DNA from: Dehalococcoidia bacterium
Lineage (GTDB): Bacteria; Chloroflexota; Dehalococcoidia; Lucifugimonadales; VXLM01
Direction: 5' to 3'
DNA: 64,000 nt
Assembly: GCA_963665745.1 (NCBI GenBank)
Contig: OY762443.1
Coordinates: 611,616 to 675,615, forward strand
A model generated the notes under the pieces. The model was not told the origin of the DNA. It worked only from the letters and a program-made list of their open reading frames with translations, and ran no database searches. The position numbers and the translations under genes are program-made. Positions within the stretch are counted from its first letter, which is position 1. Every line of letters starts with the position of its first letter. Positions 54,175 through 63,225 of the stretch are shown here, piece after piece.

Positions 54175-54243
54175 TCACCCTCACCCTAGCCCTCTCCCAC
54201 GACGGGAGAGGGGATTGGATTCCCGCTTTCGCGGGAATGACGG
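54175..54243. repeat. composite REP: family 1 hairpin fused to family 2 hairpin
   Basis: TCACCCTCACCCTAG + CCCTCTCCC-ACGAC-GGGAGAGGG (54190-54212), then GGATTCCCGC-TTTC-GCGGGAATGACGG (54217-54243). It lies in the divergent thrB/mutS2 intergenic region. Confidence 0.85.
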
Positions 54244-54417
54244 TGTGGGGGTGCGACGGCTTATTTTCAGAGTATGGTGGATTGGGGGCTGGATGCCGAA
54301 GGCCATTATACACGCCGTTGAAGGTTGAATCGGATATAATGGAATACCCGAATACTTGAAACAGACTTGCGATCCGAGCTTCTGTCGCATCGCAGCGTCG
54401 CCCGCGCAGCACACTCA

Positions 54418-56832
54418 ATGGTCCACTCCACCAGCGGGAAGAAATCCCCTATCGACGTGATTCGGCGCAAGTCGTTGGACGCGCTGGACTACCCGGACGT
54501 GCAGGCGGCGGTGGTCGCCAACACGACGTTTCCTCTGGCGGAGGAGCTTGCCAGGGGTATCGAGCCGGTGTATACGGGGCGGGAGGTCGAGGAGCTCCAG
54601 CGTGAGACGCGGGACGGGGTGGCCTACCTGGAGGAGTCGGGCGACCCCGATCTGAGCGCGAGGGTGGACGCGACGGAAGCGGTCGATAGGGCGAGTCTGG
54701 GCGGCGTCCTGACGGGCAAGGAACTGCTGGAAGTGGCGGACTCGCTGGAGGTGCTTGGCCGCGCAAGATCGGCCTTTGCGCGGAATACGGCCAGCGCGCC
54801 GGTACTCGCCGAGATAGCGGCGGGCATCCCCGACCTGCTCGACGTGCAGCGGCAGGTGAGGGCGAAGATCGGCATACGCGGGGAGGTGCTCGACAGCGCG
54901 ACGCCGACGCTTGGGACGCTCCGGCGAAGCGTCCGCGCCGCGTACAGGAACGCGGTCGAGGCGCTGGAACGGGTGATGCGGTCGCCCGTCGGGGAGGAGG
55001 CGCTTCAGGACAACGTGATCTCCGTGCGCTCCGACCGTCTGGTGCTCCAAGTGAGGACGGAGCTGCGGCACAAGGTGCCCGGCATCGTCCACGACGTGTC
55101 GAAGACGGACGCGACGCTGTTCATCGAGCCGTTCGCGACGGTTGACGCCTGCAACACGTGGCGGGAGCTTGCGCTGGAAGAGGACGAGGAGACCCGCAGG
55201 GTGCTGATCGACCTGTCGGAGCTTGTCGGCGCAGTGGCGGAGGACATCCGAAAGGGGATGCGGCTCACGGCGCGGCTCGACTTCATCATGGCGCGGGCGC
55301 GGTACAGCGCTAGGCTGAACGGCGTGCCGGTTGGCGTGGAGGAGGACGGGGACGCACCGCCAGTCATCCGGCTCGTGGACGCGCGGCACCCGCTGCTCGG
55401 GGACGAGGCGGTTCCGGTGTCGGTGGGCATCGACGGGGAGTCGTCGGTGCTGGTCATCACCGGGCCGAACACGGGGGGGAAGACCGTCGCGATGAAGACC
55501 GTAGGGCTACTGGCCCTGATGCACCAGTCGGGGCTGTACGTCCCGGCGGAGGAGGGCAGCGTGCTCCCCATATTCGACGGGGTGTACGCCGACGTGGGAG
55601 ACCAGCAGAGCATAGCGGGGTCGGTGTCCACGTTCAGCTCGCACATGCTGAACGTCATCGAGATACTCGACCACGCGACGACGAGGTCGCTAGTGCTGCT
55701 CGACGAGCTTGGCACGAGCACCGACCCGGAGGAGGGGTCGGCGCTTGCGAAGGCCGTCCTGCACCATCTCGCCGCGACGGGCGTCAAGACCGTCGTCACG
55801 ACGCACCACCGGACGGTCGCGGCCTTCGCCGAGGCGTCGCCGCGCATGATGAACGCGAGCGTCGATCTCGAACCGAACTCGCTCCGCCCGACGTATCACC
55901 TGACGATGGGCGTTCCGGGCCGGAGCTACGCGATGTCGGTTGCGCGACGGCTGGGCCTGCCGGAGGAGATCATGGAGGAGGCGGCCCGGCTGCTGGAACC
56001 GCAGTACATGCAGTTCGAGGACTGGCTGGACGAGCTACAGGGCCAGCGTATGCAACTCAAGACGATGCTGCATGAGGCCGAGGCGGCCAAGCGGGAGGCA
56101 GAGTCCGCAAGGCAGGCGCTTGAAGGCGAACGCCGTGACGTCCAATCCAAACGTGAGGACATGCTGGCGGAGATGCGGGCGGAGGTGTCGGCGCAGTTCG
56201 AGGACGCCCGCCGGAAGCTCCGCCGGGCGGAGGCGGCGCTGTCGTGGGACGCTCCGGGCGGTGAGCCGGTCGACTACGAGGCGATCAAGCGGGCGCGATT
56301 GGAATTGGAGCAGGCGCGTGCGGAAGTCGAGAGTGTGAAGCAGGCATCGGTTGACGCCTCTACGGAGCCACCTCGCCCTATTGAGGTGGGGGATGTCGTG
56401 CAGATCATGGGCCTGAACGTTCAGGGCGCGGTCCAGTCCATCGACGCCGACAACGGCGAGGCGACGGTCATCGTGGGGGACGCGCGGTTCACCCTGGACG
56501 TTGGCCGCCTGACTCCAGTTGAGGAGGGTACGCCTGTGAAGGAGCCCCGGCGATCTCGAAGCGTCAACTACGACCTAGAACCCGTGGTGATGAGCAACGA
56601 GCTTCACATCCTGGGGATGCGCGCAGATGAAGCGGCGGTCTCGGTCGAGGAGTTTCTCGATAGGGCGCTTCGAAACGGCGCGGACTCGGTGCGCATCGTT
56701 CACGGCAAGGGGCGCGGCGTGCTGCGACAGAGCGTGCAGGAGACGCTCGACAGGAACTCGCTCGTCAAGTCGTATCGGTACGCCGATCACCGCGAGGGGG
56801 GAATCGGGGTAACGGTGGTCGAGCTATCGTGA
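54418..56832 (+). CDS. mutS2: endonuclease MutS2 (MutS domain V ATPase plus C-terminal Smr)
   Basis: Walker A ITGPNTGGKT, LDELGTSTDP, a coiled-coil region, and the Smr domain LHILGMRADEA...VRIVHGKGRGVLR. ATG 54418. Confidence 0.92.
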   Translation: MVHSTSGKKSPIDVIRRKSLDALDYPDVQAAVVANTTFPLAEELARGIEPVYTGREVEELQRETRDGVAYLEESGDPDLSARVDATEAVDRASLGGVLTGKELLEVADSLEVLGRARSAFARNTASAPVLAEIAAGIPDLLDVQRQVRAKIGIRGEVLDSATPTLGTLRRSVRAAYRNAVEALERVMRSPVGEEALQDNVISVRSDRLVLQVRTELRHKVPGIVHDVSKTDATLFIEPFATVDACNTWRELALEEDEETRRVLIDLSELVGAVAEDIRKGMRLTARLDFIMARARYSARLNGVPVGVEEDGDAPPVIRLVDARHPLLGDEAVPVSVGIDGESSVLVITGPNTGGKTVAMKTVGLLALMHQSGLYVPAEEGSVLPIFDGVYADVGDQQSIAGSVSTFSSHMLNVIEILDHATTRSLVLLDELGTSTDPEEGSALAKAVLHHLAATGVKTVVTTHHRTVAAFAEASPRMMNASVDLEPNSLRPTYHLTMGVPGRSYAMSVARRLGLPEEIMEEAARLLEPQYMQFEDWLDELQGQRMQLKTMLHEAEAAKREAESARQALEGERRDVQSKREDMLAEMRAEVSAQFEDARRKLRRAEAALSWDAPGGEPVDYEAIKRARLELEQARAEVESVKQASVDASTEPPRPIEVGDVVQIMGLNVQGAVQSIDADNGEATVIVGDARFTLDVGRLTPVEEGTPVKEPRRSRSVNYDLEPVVMSNELHILGMRADEAAVSVEEFLDRALRNGADSVRIVHGKGRGVLRQSVQETLDRNSLVKSYRYADHREGGIGVTVVELS

Positions 56833-57575
56833 TCCGGGCGCTGATTATTCCGCTCGTTCTCTTGCTCGCGCTCTGCGTGGGCTGTGGGGGCGCCCGTCCC
56901 ATACTGGTTTCGCCGATACCGACGGATGGAGGGGCCACCCGCCCTTCCGATCTCACGCGGACGAGCATACCTTACCCGCCGGCAACACTTGCGCCACTCC
57001 CCACAGGGAACGAGACCTCGACCGAGGCAACGCTGCCTTCATCAAACGAGACAACCACGGCGGCAACCCTGCCCGGTTCGAATCAGGCCGCCACGGCGAC
57101 ACCCCTCCCTAACACCCCAACACCTGTCCCATCTGCGAGTCCCGCGCCTGTGCATGAGGTCCTGGAGCTCAACGCCTCGGTCATGATCGGCGACGCCCTG
57201 TTTCCGGCAGAGCTGGCAGTCAACCCGGCGGAACGGACCAAGGGTCTTTCGGACAGGGACGAACTCGAACCGGGGACGGGCATGTTGTTCATCTTCGAGG
57301 ACAGGGAGGCCTCCTCGTTCTGGATGCGAAGGATGCGGTTTTCGCTCGATTTCGTATGGATATCGGAGGACTGCCGCGTCGTGGAGATCACGTCGAACGT
57401 TCCCTTCCCCAAGCCGGGCACGTCCACGTCCGACCTGCCCAGCTACAGATCGAGCACTCCGGCGGCCTACAACTTCGAGATCAACGCCGGCGAGGCTAGC
57501 GAGTTTGGTATCCGCGTCGGCGATGCTGTACGATTCACGGGTATTCCCGATCATTTAGGCGACACGTGCGAATGA
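56829..57575 (+). CDS. DUF192 (COG1430) domain lipoprotein
   Basis: Lipobox LLLALCVGC, a Thr/Pro-rich linker, and the DUF192 core ERTKGLSDRDELEPGTGMLFIF......FWMRRMRFSLDFVWI. The GTG start overlaps the mutS2 stop. Confidence 0.75.
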   Translation: MIRALIIPLVLLLALCVGCGGARPILVSPIPTDGGATRPSDLTRTSIPYPPATLAPLPTGNETSTEATLPSSNETTTAATLPGSNQAATATPLPNTPTPVPSASPAPVHEVLELNASVMIGDALFPAELAVNPAERTKGLSDRDELEPGTGMLFIFEDREASSFWMRRMRFSLDFVWISEDCRVVEITSNVPFPKPGTSTSDLPSYRSSTPAAYNFEINAGEASEFGIRVGDAVRFTGIPDHLGDTCE

Positions 57576-57641
57576 TGGCGTCCTTCCCGTCCGGCATCGC
57601 GCCGGCATCTTCATCGCGCCCGTAATCAGCATCGTACTCAC

Positions 57642-60600
57642 ATGCAATCCCTCACCATCTGGGGCCTAGTACGCAGGCGCGTGGCGAACAGCCGGTGGCT
57701 CCTCGCCAGCGTCCTGGCAGGCGTCGTGGCGGCCGCGACCCTCGTATCGGCCGTGCCGGTCTACGTCTCGTCACTCACGCAGCTGAGCATCAACCTCGAG
57801 ATCGACAATCTCGGCAGGTCGGGCACGACGGCCTTCGTCTTCACCAACAACCTCGTACTCACCGAGCCGCGCTTCCAGGAAATCGAGCAGATCGTCGACG
57901 ACGCAGTCGAACGCCACATCCTGCCGGCCTACGACGGCAGGGAGCGCATCCTGAGCAGTCACAACCTCTGGATCGATGCGGGCGGAATTTCAGAGCCGAC
58001 CACTCTCGCTCCGCCGGCGGCAATCGTCAGAAACCTGACGAACTCCGACTTCTACATCAAGCTGGTATCCGGCGCTCATGCGAGTCCGACCGTGCAGGAC
58101 GGTCCTGACGGTCCGGTCATCGAAGCGGTCGTGAGCGAGAACGCCAGCGATCTGTACGGCGTGGGCGTAGGGGACGAGGTGAAGGTGGGCGTCTCACCGG
58201 AAGCGCCCGCGAGGGTGACCGTGCGCATCGTGGGGGTGGCAGACAACACGAGCCTCGATGGGACGCTGGTCTCCATCGCCTCGGGAATGCTCAACCCGCC
58301 CACGATATACGACCCGGAGAGCGGCCCGCCGCCGCTGCCTCTCTTCATAACCGAGCAGGCGGTGTCCGACGCCATCAGCACGACCCTGCCCGGCATGGTC
58401 ATGGACGCCATCTGGTTCATCCAGTTGAAGCCGGACGCGCTCAAGTCGTGGACCGGTGGGGAAACCACTGGGCGGCTCGATGAATTCGAGCGTGAGTTGA
58501 ACGCCGAGCTCTTTGGAACCAATGTATCGTCTCCCCTTCACCGCGTGATCAACGGGGCCGAGGCGAGGGCTTTCTTTGCCCGTATCCCGATGGTGCTGCT
58601 GCTGGCCGTGCTTGCCGTGACGGTGACGTTCTATCTCGGAATGATGATTAGCTACCTGGTGCAAAGCCGGGAAGAGGACCACGCTCTCGTCAGAACGAGA
58701 GGCTTCGGACTGACCGCTCTTTTCCGCGTATATTCGTTCGAGGGCATTCTCTTGACCGCCGTGGCGATCGTCGTATCTCCCGTCCTGGCGATAGCCCTCG
58801 TCGCCGCAGCGGGTGTGACTCCACATTTCAGGGGGCTAACCGGCGCGGGCCTGCTGCCAATCGTACCCCAGCCGGCACCCTTCATCGTCGCCTGGATCGT
58901 GGGCCTGCTCTGTCTCGCCGCCGTGGTGCTTCCGAGCGTGCTGACGGCGCACGGCGGAGTGCTGGCCCAGAGGTTCCGCGCGGCCCGTCCACCTGCCGCG
59001 TCGCTGCTCCATCGCTACCATCTCGACGTGGCGCTGCTCGTGCTGGGCGGCCTCATCTTCTGGGAGCTTCAAGCTCGCGGCGCGGTTGTGTCGGGCGGAC
59101 TCTTCGGGGACGTGGACATAAACGAGACGCTCCTGCTGGCACCCGTGCTCTTCCTGATCGCGGTCGCGCTCTTGTTCATGCGGCTGTTCCCGCTGTTCGT
59201 CAGCTACGTCGGGGGCGAGTCGCCCGCCCTGTTGAACGTCGTAGCCACGGTGTCGCTGGTCGTCCTACTGCCCGTGACGGTCATCAACGGAGTGAGAGGA
59301 ATCGGCGTCGACGACTGGCCCCAGGCAGCGGCGACGCTGGCCGCGGTCGGTCTTGTCTATTGGGCCACCACCAAGGCAAATCGCGTGCCGTCCGTCGTCC
59401 TGGGGGTTCTCCTGCAAGCTGCGCTCGTTATTGCCTTCTATCGGATCAGTTCCCCCGAACCGAGCAGTCTCCTGTTCTGGCCGTTCGTCGGGCTGGCATC
59501 GGTGGTGCTTGGACAGCCGCTCTACGTGCTTCTTCGGGGACTGGCGCGACTCGTGCCGGTATGGGTCTCGATAACACTGCGCCACGTCATCAGGCGGCCC
59601 GCTCAGTACACGTGGTTGGTCGTACTCGTCGTGCTGGTGACGGGCGTGAGTGTCCTGGCAACCACGGTGGGTGGTACGCTGGAGCAGAGCCGCCTCGACC
59701 GGGTACGGCACGAAGTGGCGGGGGACCTGCGAGTCAACATGTCCCGGCAGTTCATTGGCGGGGTGTCCACCTTCCGCGAGATGCCATCCGTCGCTCTCGC
59801 CGCCGAGGGGATCCGCACCGACGGGACCTTCGGCCCTCTCAACTTCGAGGTGCTGGGAGTCGATTCCGCCCTCTTCCATCGCATCGCATGGTATCGAGAC
59901 GACTTCTCGGAGCGTCCTCTCGATCAGGTAGTGGCGCAGTTGAGACCGCAGGCAGGGTCGTCTCTGGCCGTCCTTCCGGAGGGTGCCACGGGGGTGGGCC
60001 TGTGGGCCTTCCCGGCGGAGCACTATCAAGGTCTGAAGATGAACATCCTCCTCCGGGACGCAGGAGGACAGCTCACCACCGTGTTCCTGGGCGATGTCGG
60101 GCCTTCGGAATGGAAGCTGTTGACCGCGGAGGTCCCCGACTGGCTGAGCCAGCCGATCACCCTGATCGCCGTCCACGTGCAGGACCATGGCGACATCCGG
60201 CAAAGGGGAATAACGTCGGGCACGGTCTTGGTGGACCACATCCACGCAACCGTCGGCGATGAGGAGGGAGTCGTTGTAGTCGAGGACTTCGAGAGCTCGG
60301 TCTTCACGTGGCTCCCCATCATCGCCGATCCCCTCGATCCCGACACGCTGGAGCACTTCACGGGCGGCGCATACCGTGGTGAAAGCTCGGCCAAGTTCAC
60401 CTTCGGACAGCAGACCGACCATGGGGTTCGTGGACTCTACAAGGCCCCCACGAGGCAGTTCCTACCGGTTGTGCTTTCGGAGCAGCTATACGCGCAGTCG
60501 GGCTTGCGGCTCGGCGTGCCGACCATCATCAAGCTCGCGGGGCGAGAGATCGTGGTGATCGTCATGGACACCGTGAAGAACTTCCCGACGATGAGCGAGC

Positions 60601-61250
60601 GCACGGACAGGTTCGTCATTACCGACGTGAACCTGCTCCTCGGCCACGTCAACGTGCTGAGCTCGGTCTACGCTCAGACGGCGAACGAGGTGTACATCCG
60701 GGCGGCCTCAGATGACGAAGAGGAGATAGAGGAACTAGCGGAAGAGTTGGGAGGGACGCGCTTCATACAGACCTCGGACCGGGTCTCCCTGCTGGAAGAG
60801 ACGAACGTGTCACCCGCCATGGCGGCAGGATGGCGGGCCCTCGCGATCTTCGCGTTGGTAGTCGCAGTCGGCGCGGCCGCGGCGGGGTACGTCAGCTACC
60901 TCATCCTGTCAGACCGGGGACGGCGTGTCGAAGCGGCATTCCTGCGGTCTTTCGGCTTTTCAGGGAAACAACTCATAGCGCTGATCACGTTCGAGCAGCT
61001 TGCAATCATCGCGATTGCCTTGGCACTCGGCACGTGGGCGGGGTTCCGGATGAGCCTGTTGCTCGTCTCGCCCCTGGCCGAGAGCGAGACGGGCGGGAGC
61101 ATCGTGCCTCCGCTCCTCACGGTCACGAACTGGTTCCTCCTGGCTCCGGTCTACGCGGCGCTGGCGGCCGTGTTCCTCACTATACTCATCGTGGTGAGTC
61201 TTCGCGTCCTGCGCGTCGACCTCGGGGCGGTGGCGCGGATGGAGGCGTGA
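57642..61250 (+). CDS. large FtsX-like (MacB-type) ABC permease with two FtsX domains
   Basis: 1202 aa. Two blocks of the type SREEDHALVRTRGFGLTALFRVYSFEG and SDRGRRVEAAFLRSFGFSGKQLIALITFEQ, each within 4-TM bundles, with large extracytoplasmic inserts. Confidence 0.75.
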   Translation: MQSLTIWGLVRRRVANSRWLLASVLAGVVAAATLVSAVPVYVSSLTQLSINLEIDNLGRSGTTAFVFTNNLVLTEPRFQEIEQIVDDAVERHILPAYDGRERILSSHNLWIDAGGISEPTTLAPPAAIVRNLTNSDFYIKLVSGAHASPTVQDGPDGPVIEAVVSENASDLYGVGVGDEVKVGVSPEAPARVTVRIVGVADNTSLDGTLVSIASGMLNPPTIYDPESGPPPLPLFITEQAVSDAISTTLPGMVMDAIWFIQLKPDALKSWTGGETTGRLDEFERELNAELFGTNVSSPLHRVINGAEARAFFARIPMVLLLAVLAVTVTFYLGMMISYLVQSREEDHALVRTRGFGLTALFRVYSFEGILLTAVAIVVSPVLAIALVAAAGVTPHFRGLTGAGLLPIVPQPAPFIVAWIVGLLCLAAVVLPSVLTAHGGVLAQRFRAARPPAASLLHRYHLDVALLVLGGLIFWELQARGAVVSGGLFGDVDINETLLLAPVLFLIAVALLFMRLFPLFVSYVGGESPALLNVVATVSLVVLLPVTVINGVRGIGVDDWPQAAATLAAVGLVYWATTKANRVPSVVLGVLLQAALVIAFYRISSPEPSSLLFWPFVGLASVVLGQPLYVLLRGLARLVPVWVSITLRHVIRRPAQYTWLVVLVVLVTGVSVLATTVGGTLEQSRLDRVRHEVAGDLRVNMSRQFIGGVSTFREMPSVALAAEGIRTDGTFGPLNFEVLGVDSALFHRIAWYRDDFSERPLDQVVAQLRPQAGSSLAVLPEGATGVGLWAFPAEHYQGLKMNILLRDAGGQLTTVFLGDVGPSEWKLLTAEVPDWLSQPITLIAVHVQDHGDIRQRGITSGTVLVDHIHATVGDEEGVVVVEDFESSVFTWLPIIADPLDPDTLEHFTGGAYRGESSAKFTFGQQTDHGVRGLYKAPTRQFLPVVLSEQLYAQSGLRLGVPTIIKLAGREIVVIVMDTVKNFPTMSERTDRFVITDVNLLLGHVNVLSSVYAQTANEVYIRAASDDEEEIEELAEELGGTRFIQTSDRVSLLEETNVSPAMAAGWRALAIFALVVAVGAAAAGYVSYLILSDRGRRVEAAFLRSFGFSGKQLIALITFEQLAIIAIALALGTWAGFRMSLLLVSPLAESETGGSIVPPLLTVTNWFLLAPVYAALAAVFLTILIVVSLRVLRVDLGAVARMEA

Positions 61251-61292
61251 GTGTGTATTCAGCGCATGGCAAGAGAAGTCTAGCGGGGTGAG

Positions 61293-61571
61293 ATGATGAA
61301 TCTAAAGAAGTTCGATGTAGTTGACTTCCTCGACAGCGATGAGGCGCTTGTCGAGTACCTCAACGTGGCGTTGGAGGAGAACGACCCGAAGTATTTTGCA
61401 AAGGCCCTCGGCAACGTCGCGCGCGCTAAGGGGATGTCCTCTGTTTCCGAGGCAACCGGGCTGGGACGGCAGCCTCTCTACGGGGCGGTCTTGGATGACG
61501 ACAACCCGCGCATCGACACGTTGTTCAGGGTTCTCGAAGTTCTCGAGGTCAGGCTCGCCGTTACTCGCTAA
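61293..61571 (+). CDS. addiction-module antidote protein (HigA-like, TIGR02684-type), with no cognate killer gene adjacent
   Basis: FDVVDFLDSDEALVEYLNVALEENDPKYFAKALGNVARAKGMSSVSEATGLGRQPLYGAVLDDDNPRIDTLFRVLEVLEVRLAV matches the pattern of this family. Confidence 0.8.
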   Translation: MMNLKKFDVVDFLDSDEALVEYLNVALEENDPKYFAKALGNVARAKGMSSVSEATGLGRQPLYGAVLDDDNPRIDTLFRVLEVLEVRLAVTR

Positions 61572-61678
61572 TTGGGTGAAAGGTCGAGGAGTGAAGACTA
61601 GGAAGCAAGATCATCCTTCCTAGAAGCAGCCTTCTTAGATGACGCTGCCGCCAACAGGGTATAGAATGAGATCAAAGC

Positions 61679-61948
61679 ATGGCATGGGATGAAGAACAAG
61701 TGAGGAATTCCCAGAAAAGGACAGAAGGACACGCTAGGGATGTTGCGTACTACGAGGCTCACTATTCGGAGCTTCTCGCTCAGTACGCCGATCAGTGGAT
61801 CGCTATTCTCAACTGTAAGGTGGTTGGAGCGTCCGAGGACGCCTTCGAGCTCATGGCCCAACTCGAAGCCGACGGCGTCCCAGCGAACCAGGTTCTCAGA
61901 CGCCACATGACCAGAGAGCCTGAGCTTCTCATACTACCTCATCTATGA
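61679..61948 (+). CDS. DUF5678-like small protein
   Basis: 89 aa. ..YSELLAQYADQWIAILNCKVVGASEDAFELMAQLEADGV... The family was recognised from memory. It has an ATGA overlap with the downstream protease gene. Confidence 0.55.
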   Translation: MAWDEEQVRNSQKRTEGHARDVAYYEAHYSELLAQYADQWIAILNCKVVGASEDAFELMAQLEADGVPANQVLRRHMTREPELLILPHL

Positions 61949-62373
61949 TCCGCGGATACTTCTCGACTGTCGGCGCGGTTCGACGCCCCTTCCTCTACTG
62001 CTCCCTTGAATTCCCTGAGCATCCAAACGTTGGAGCGTCAGGGGTCGAGCTTCTGGTCGACACGGGAGCCGATCGAACCATCCTCTCTCCGATTGACGCC
62101 GAAGGCATGGGACTTGACGCTTCGACGCTCGACGTGGGACGGAGAAGCAGTGGGATTGGCGGCGAGGTCTCAACGCGGGTCGTGGAATCCATGCTCACCG
62201 TTCAGGGTTACTCAACCCCGATCACGTTGCACATCCCCGAGGTTAGACAGCCGATCCCGTCTCTCTTGGGACGCGACTTCATGGCTAAATTCGCTTTGTT
62301 CATGGAAGAACGGACCGGAAGAGTGCTTTTCCTCGACGAAGAAGACCTCAATGCCGGGAGCTTAGCAGTCTAG
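61945..62373 (+). CDS. retropepsin-like (clan AA) aspartic protease
   Basis: 142 aa. The catalytic motif is LLVDTGADRTIL (D-T-G), and the later LLGRDFM is typical of bacterial retropepsin-like proteins. Confidence 0.75.
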   Translation: MIRGYFSTVGAVRRPFLYCSLEFPEHPNVGASGVELLVDTGADRTILSPIDAEGMGLDASTLDVGRRSSGIGGEVSTRVVESMLTVQGYSTPITLHIPEVRQPIPSLLGRDFMAKFALFMEERTGRVLFLDEEDLNAGSLAV

Positions 62374-62430
62374 CCACAGGTTAGCCTCCGCGTCGACCTC
62401 AGGGACATCGCCCGGATGGAGCCGTGACTC

Positions 62431-63225
62431 CTACAACGCCGTATAGCCGCCGTCGACGGCCAGCTCAGCGCCGGTGATGAAGGACGACTCGTCGGAGGCG
62501 AGGAATAGGATGACGCTCGCGATCTCCTCCGGGGTGCCGAGCCGGCCCATTGGCACCTTCTCCAGCCTTGCCTCCACCTGGGCGGGGTCGCGCATGAGCG
62601 GCTCGAACATCGGCGTGAGCACGAAGCCGGGGTGGATGGAGTTGACGCGGATGTTTTCCGGGGCGTACTGGACGGCCGCCGTCTTGGCGAACAGGCGCAT
62701 GGCACCCTTTGCGGTGTGGTAGCCCGTCGATGACGCGCTGCCCACCAGTCCCGCCAGCGACGAGATCAGGACGATCGACCCTCCTCCGGCTTTCCTCATC
62801 TCGGGTATGGCGTGCTTCGTTCCGAAGAACGCTCCTTTGACGTGGACGTTCATCTGGAGATCCCAGATCTCCTCGCTCGTCTCCTCGACGGTGGTGCGAA
62901 ACGTCACACCGGCGGAGTGCACTAGGACGTCGAGCCGTCCATACAGGTCTACGGTCTGGGTGATGACGCGCTGCCATGCGGCCTCGTCGGTAACGTCGAG
63001 GTGGAGGTACGTCGCCCGCCCGCCAGACTCTCGAATTGCGGCGGCGGTCTGCTCGCCGAGGTCGTCGTTGAGGTCGGTCAGGACTACGCTCGCGCCCTCG
63101 CGCGCCAACAGCTGAGCGGCAGCGCCGCCAAGACCCTTGAGACGGCCCTCGACCCCTGAGGCGGCTCCGGTTATGAGGGCGACTTTGCCGTGGACTCGCG
63201 CCTCAGCGTCTCCGCCGCTACTCAT
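62431..63225 (-). CDS. short-chain dehydrogenase/reductase with an atypical cofactor loop
   Basis: GKVALITGAASG[VEGRLKG]LGGAAAQLLAREGA, NSAG-like HSAG, and catalytic S...YHTAKGA (YxxxK). Confidence 0.85.
   Translation of the reverse strand: MSSGGDAEARVHGKVALITGAASGVEGRLKGLGGAAAQLLAREGASVVLTDLNDDLGEQTAAAIRESGGRATYLHLDVTDEAAWQRVITQTVDLYGRLDVLVHSAGVTFRTTVEETSEEIWDLQMNVHVKGAFFGTKHAIPEMRKAGGGSIVLISSLAGLVGSASSTGYHTAKGAMRLFAKTAAVQYAPENIRVNSIHPGFVLTPMFEPLMRDPAQVEARLEKVPMGRLGTPEEIASVILFLASDESSFITGAELAVDGGYTAL

Noticed and set aside
53249-54418. A 389-aa version of thrB with an N-terminal extension, and ORFs 54140-54328, 54181-54414 and 53160-53729
   Set aside because: The extension (..VIPAKAGIQSPLPSWERARVRV..) is a translation of the composite REP element at 54175-54243. 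ThrB homology starts at MPHSVTVQAP (ATG 54148). The other ORFs are REP or antisense translations.
57070-57090. tRNA-like T-arm string GGTTCGAATC
   Set aside because: It lies inside the DUF192 lipoprotein CDS (its Thr/Pro-rich linker). No acceptor, D or anticodon arms can be built around it. I found no convincing tRNA anywhere in the window.
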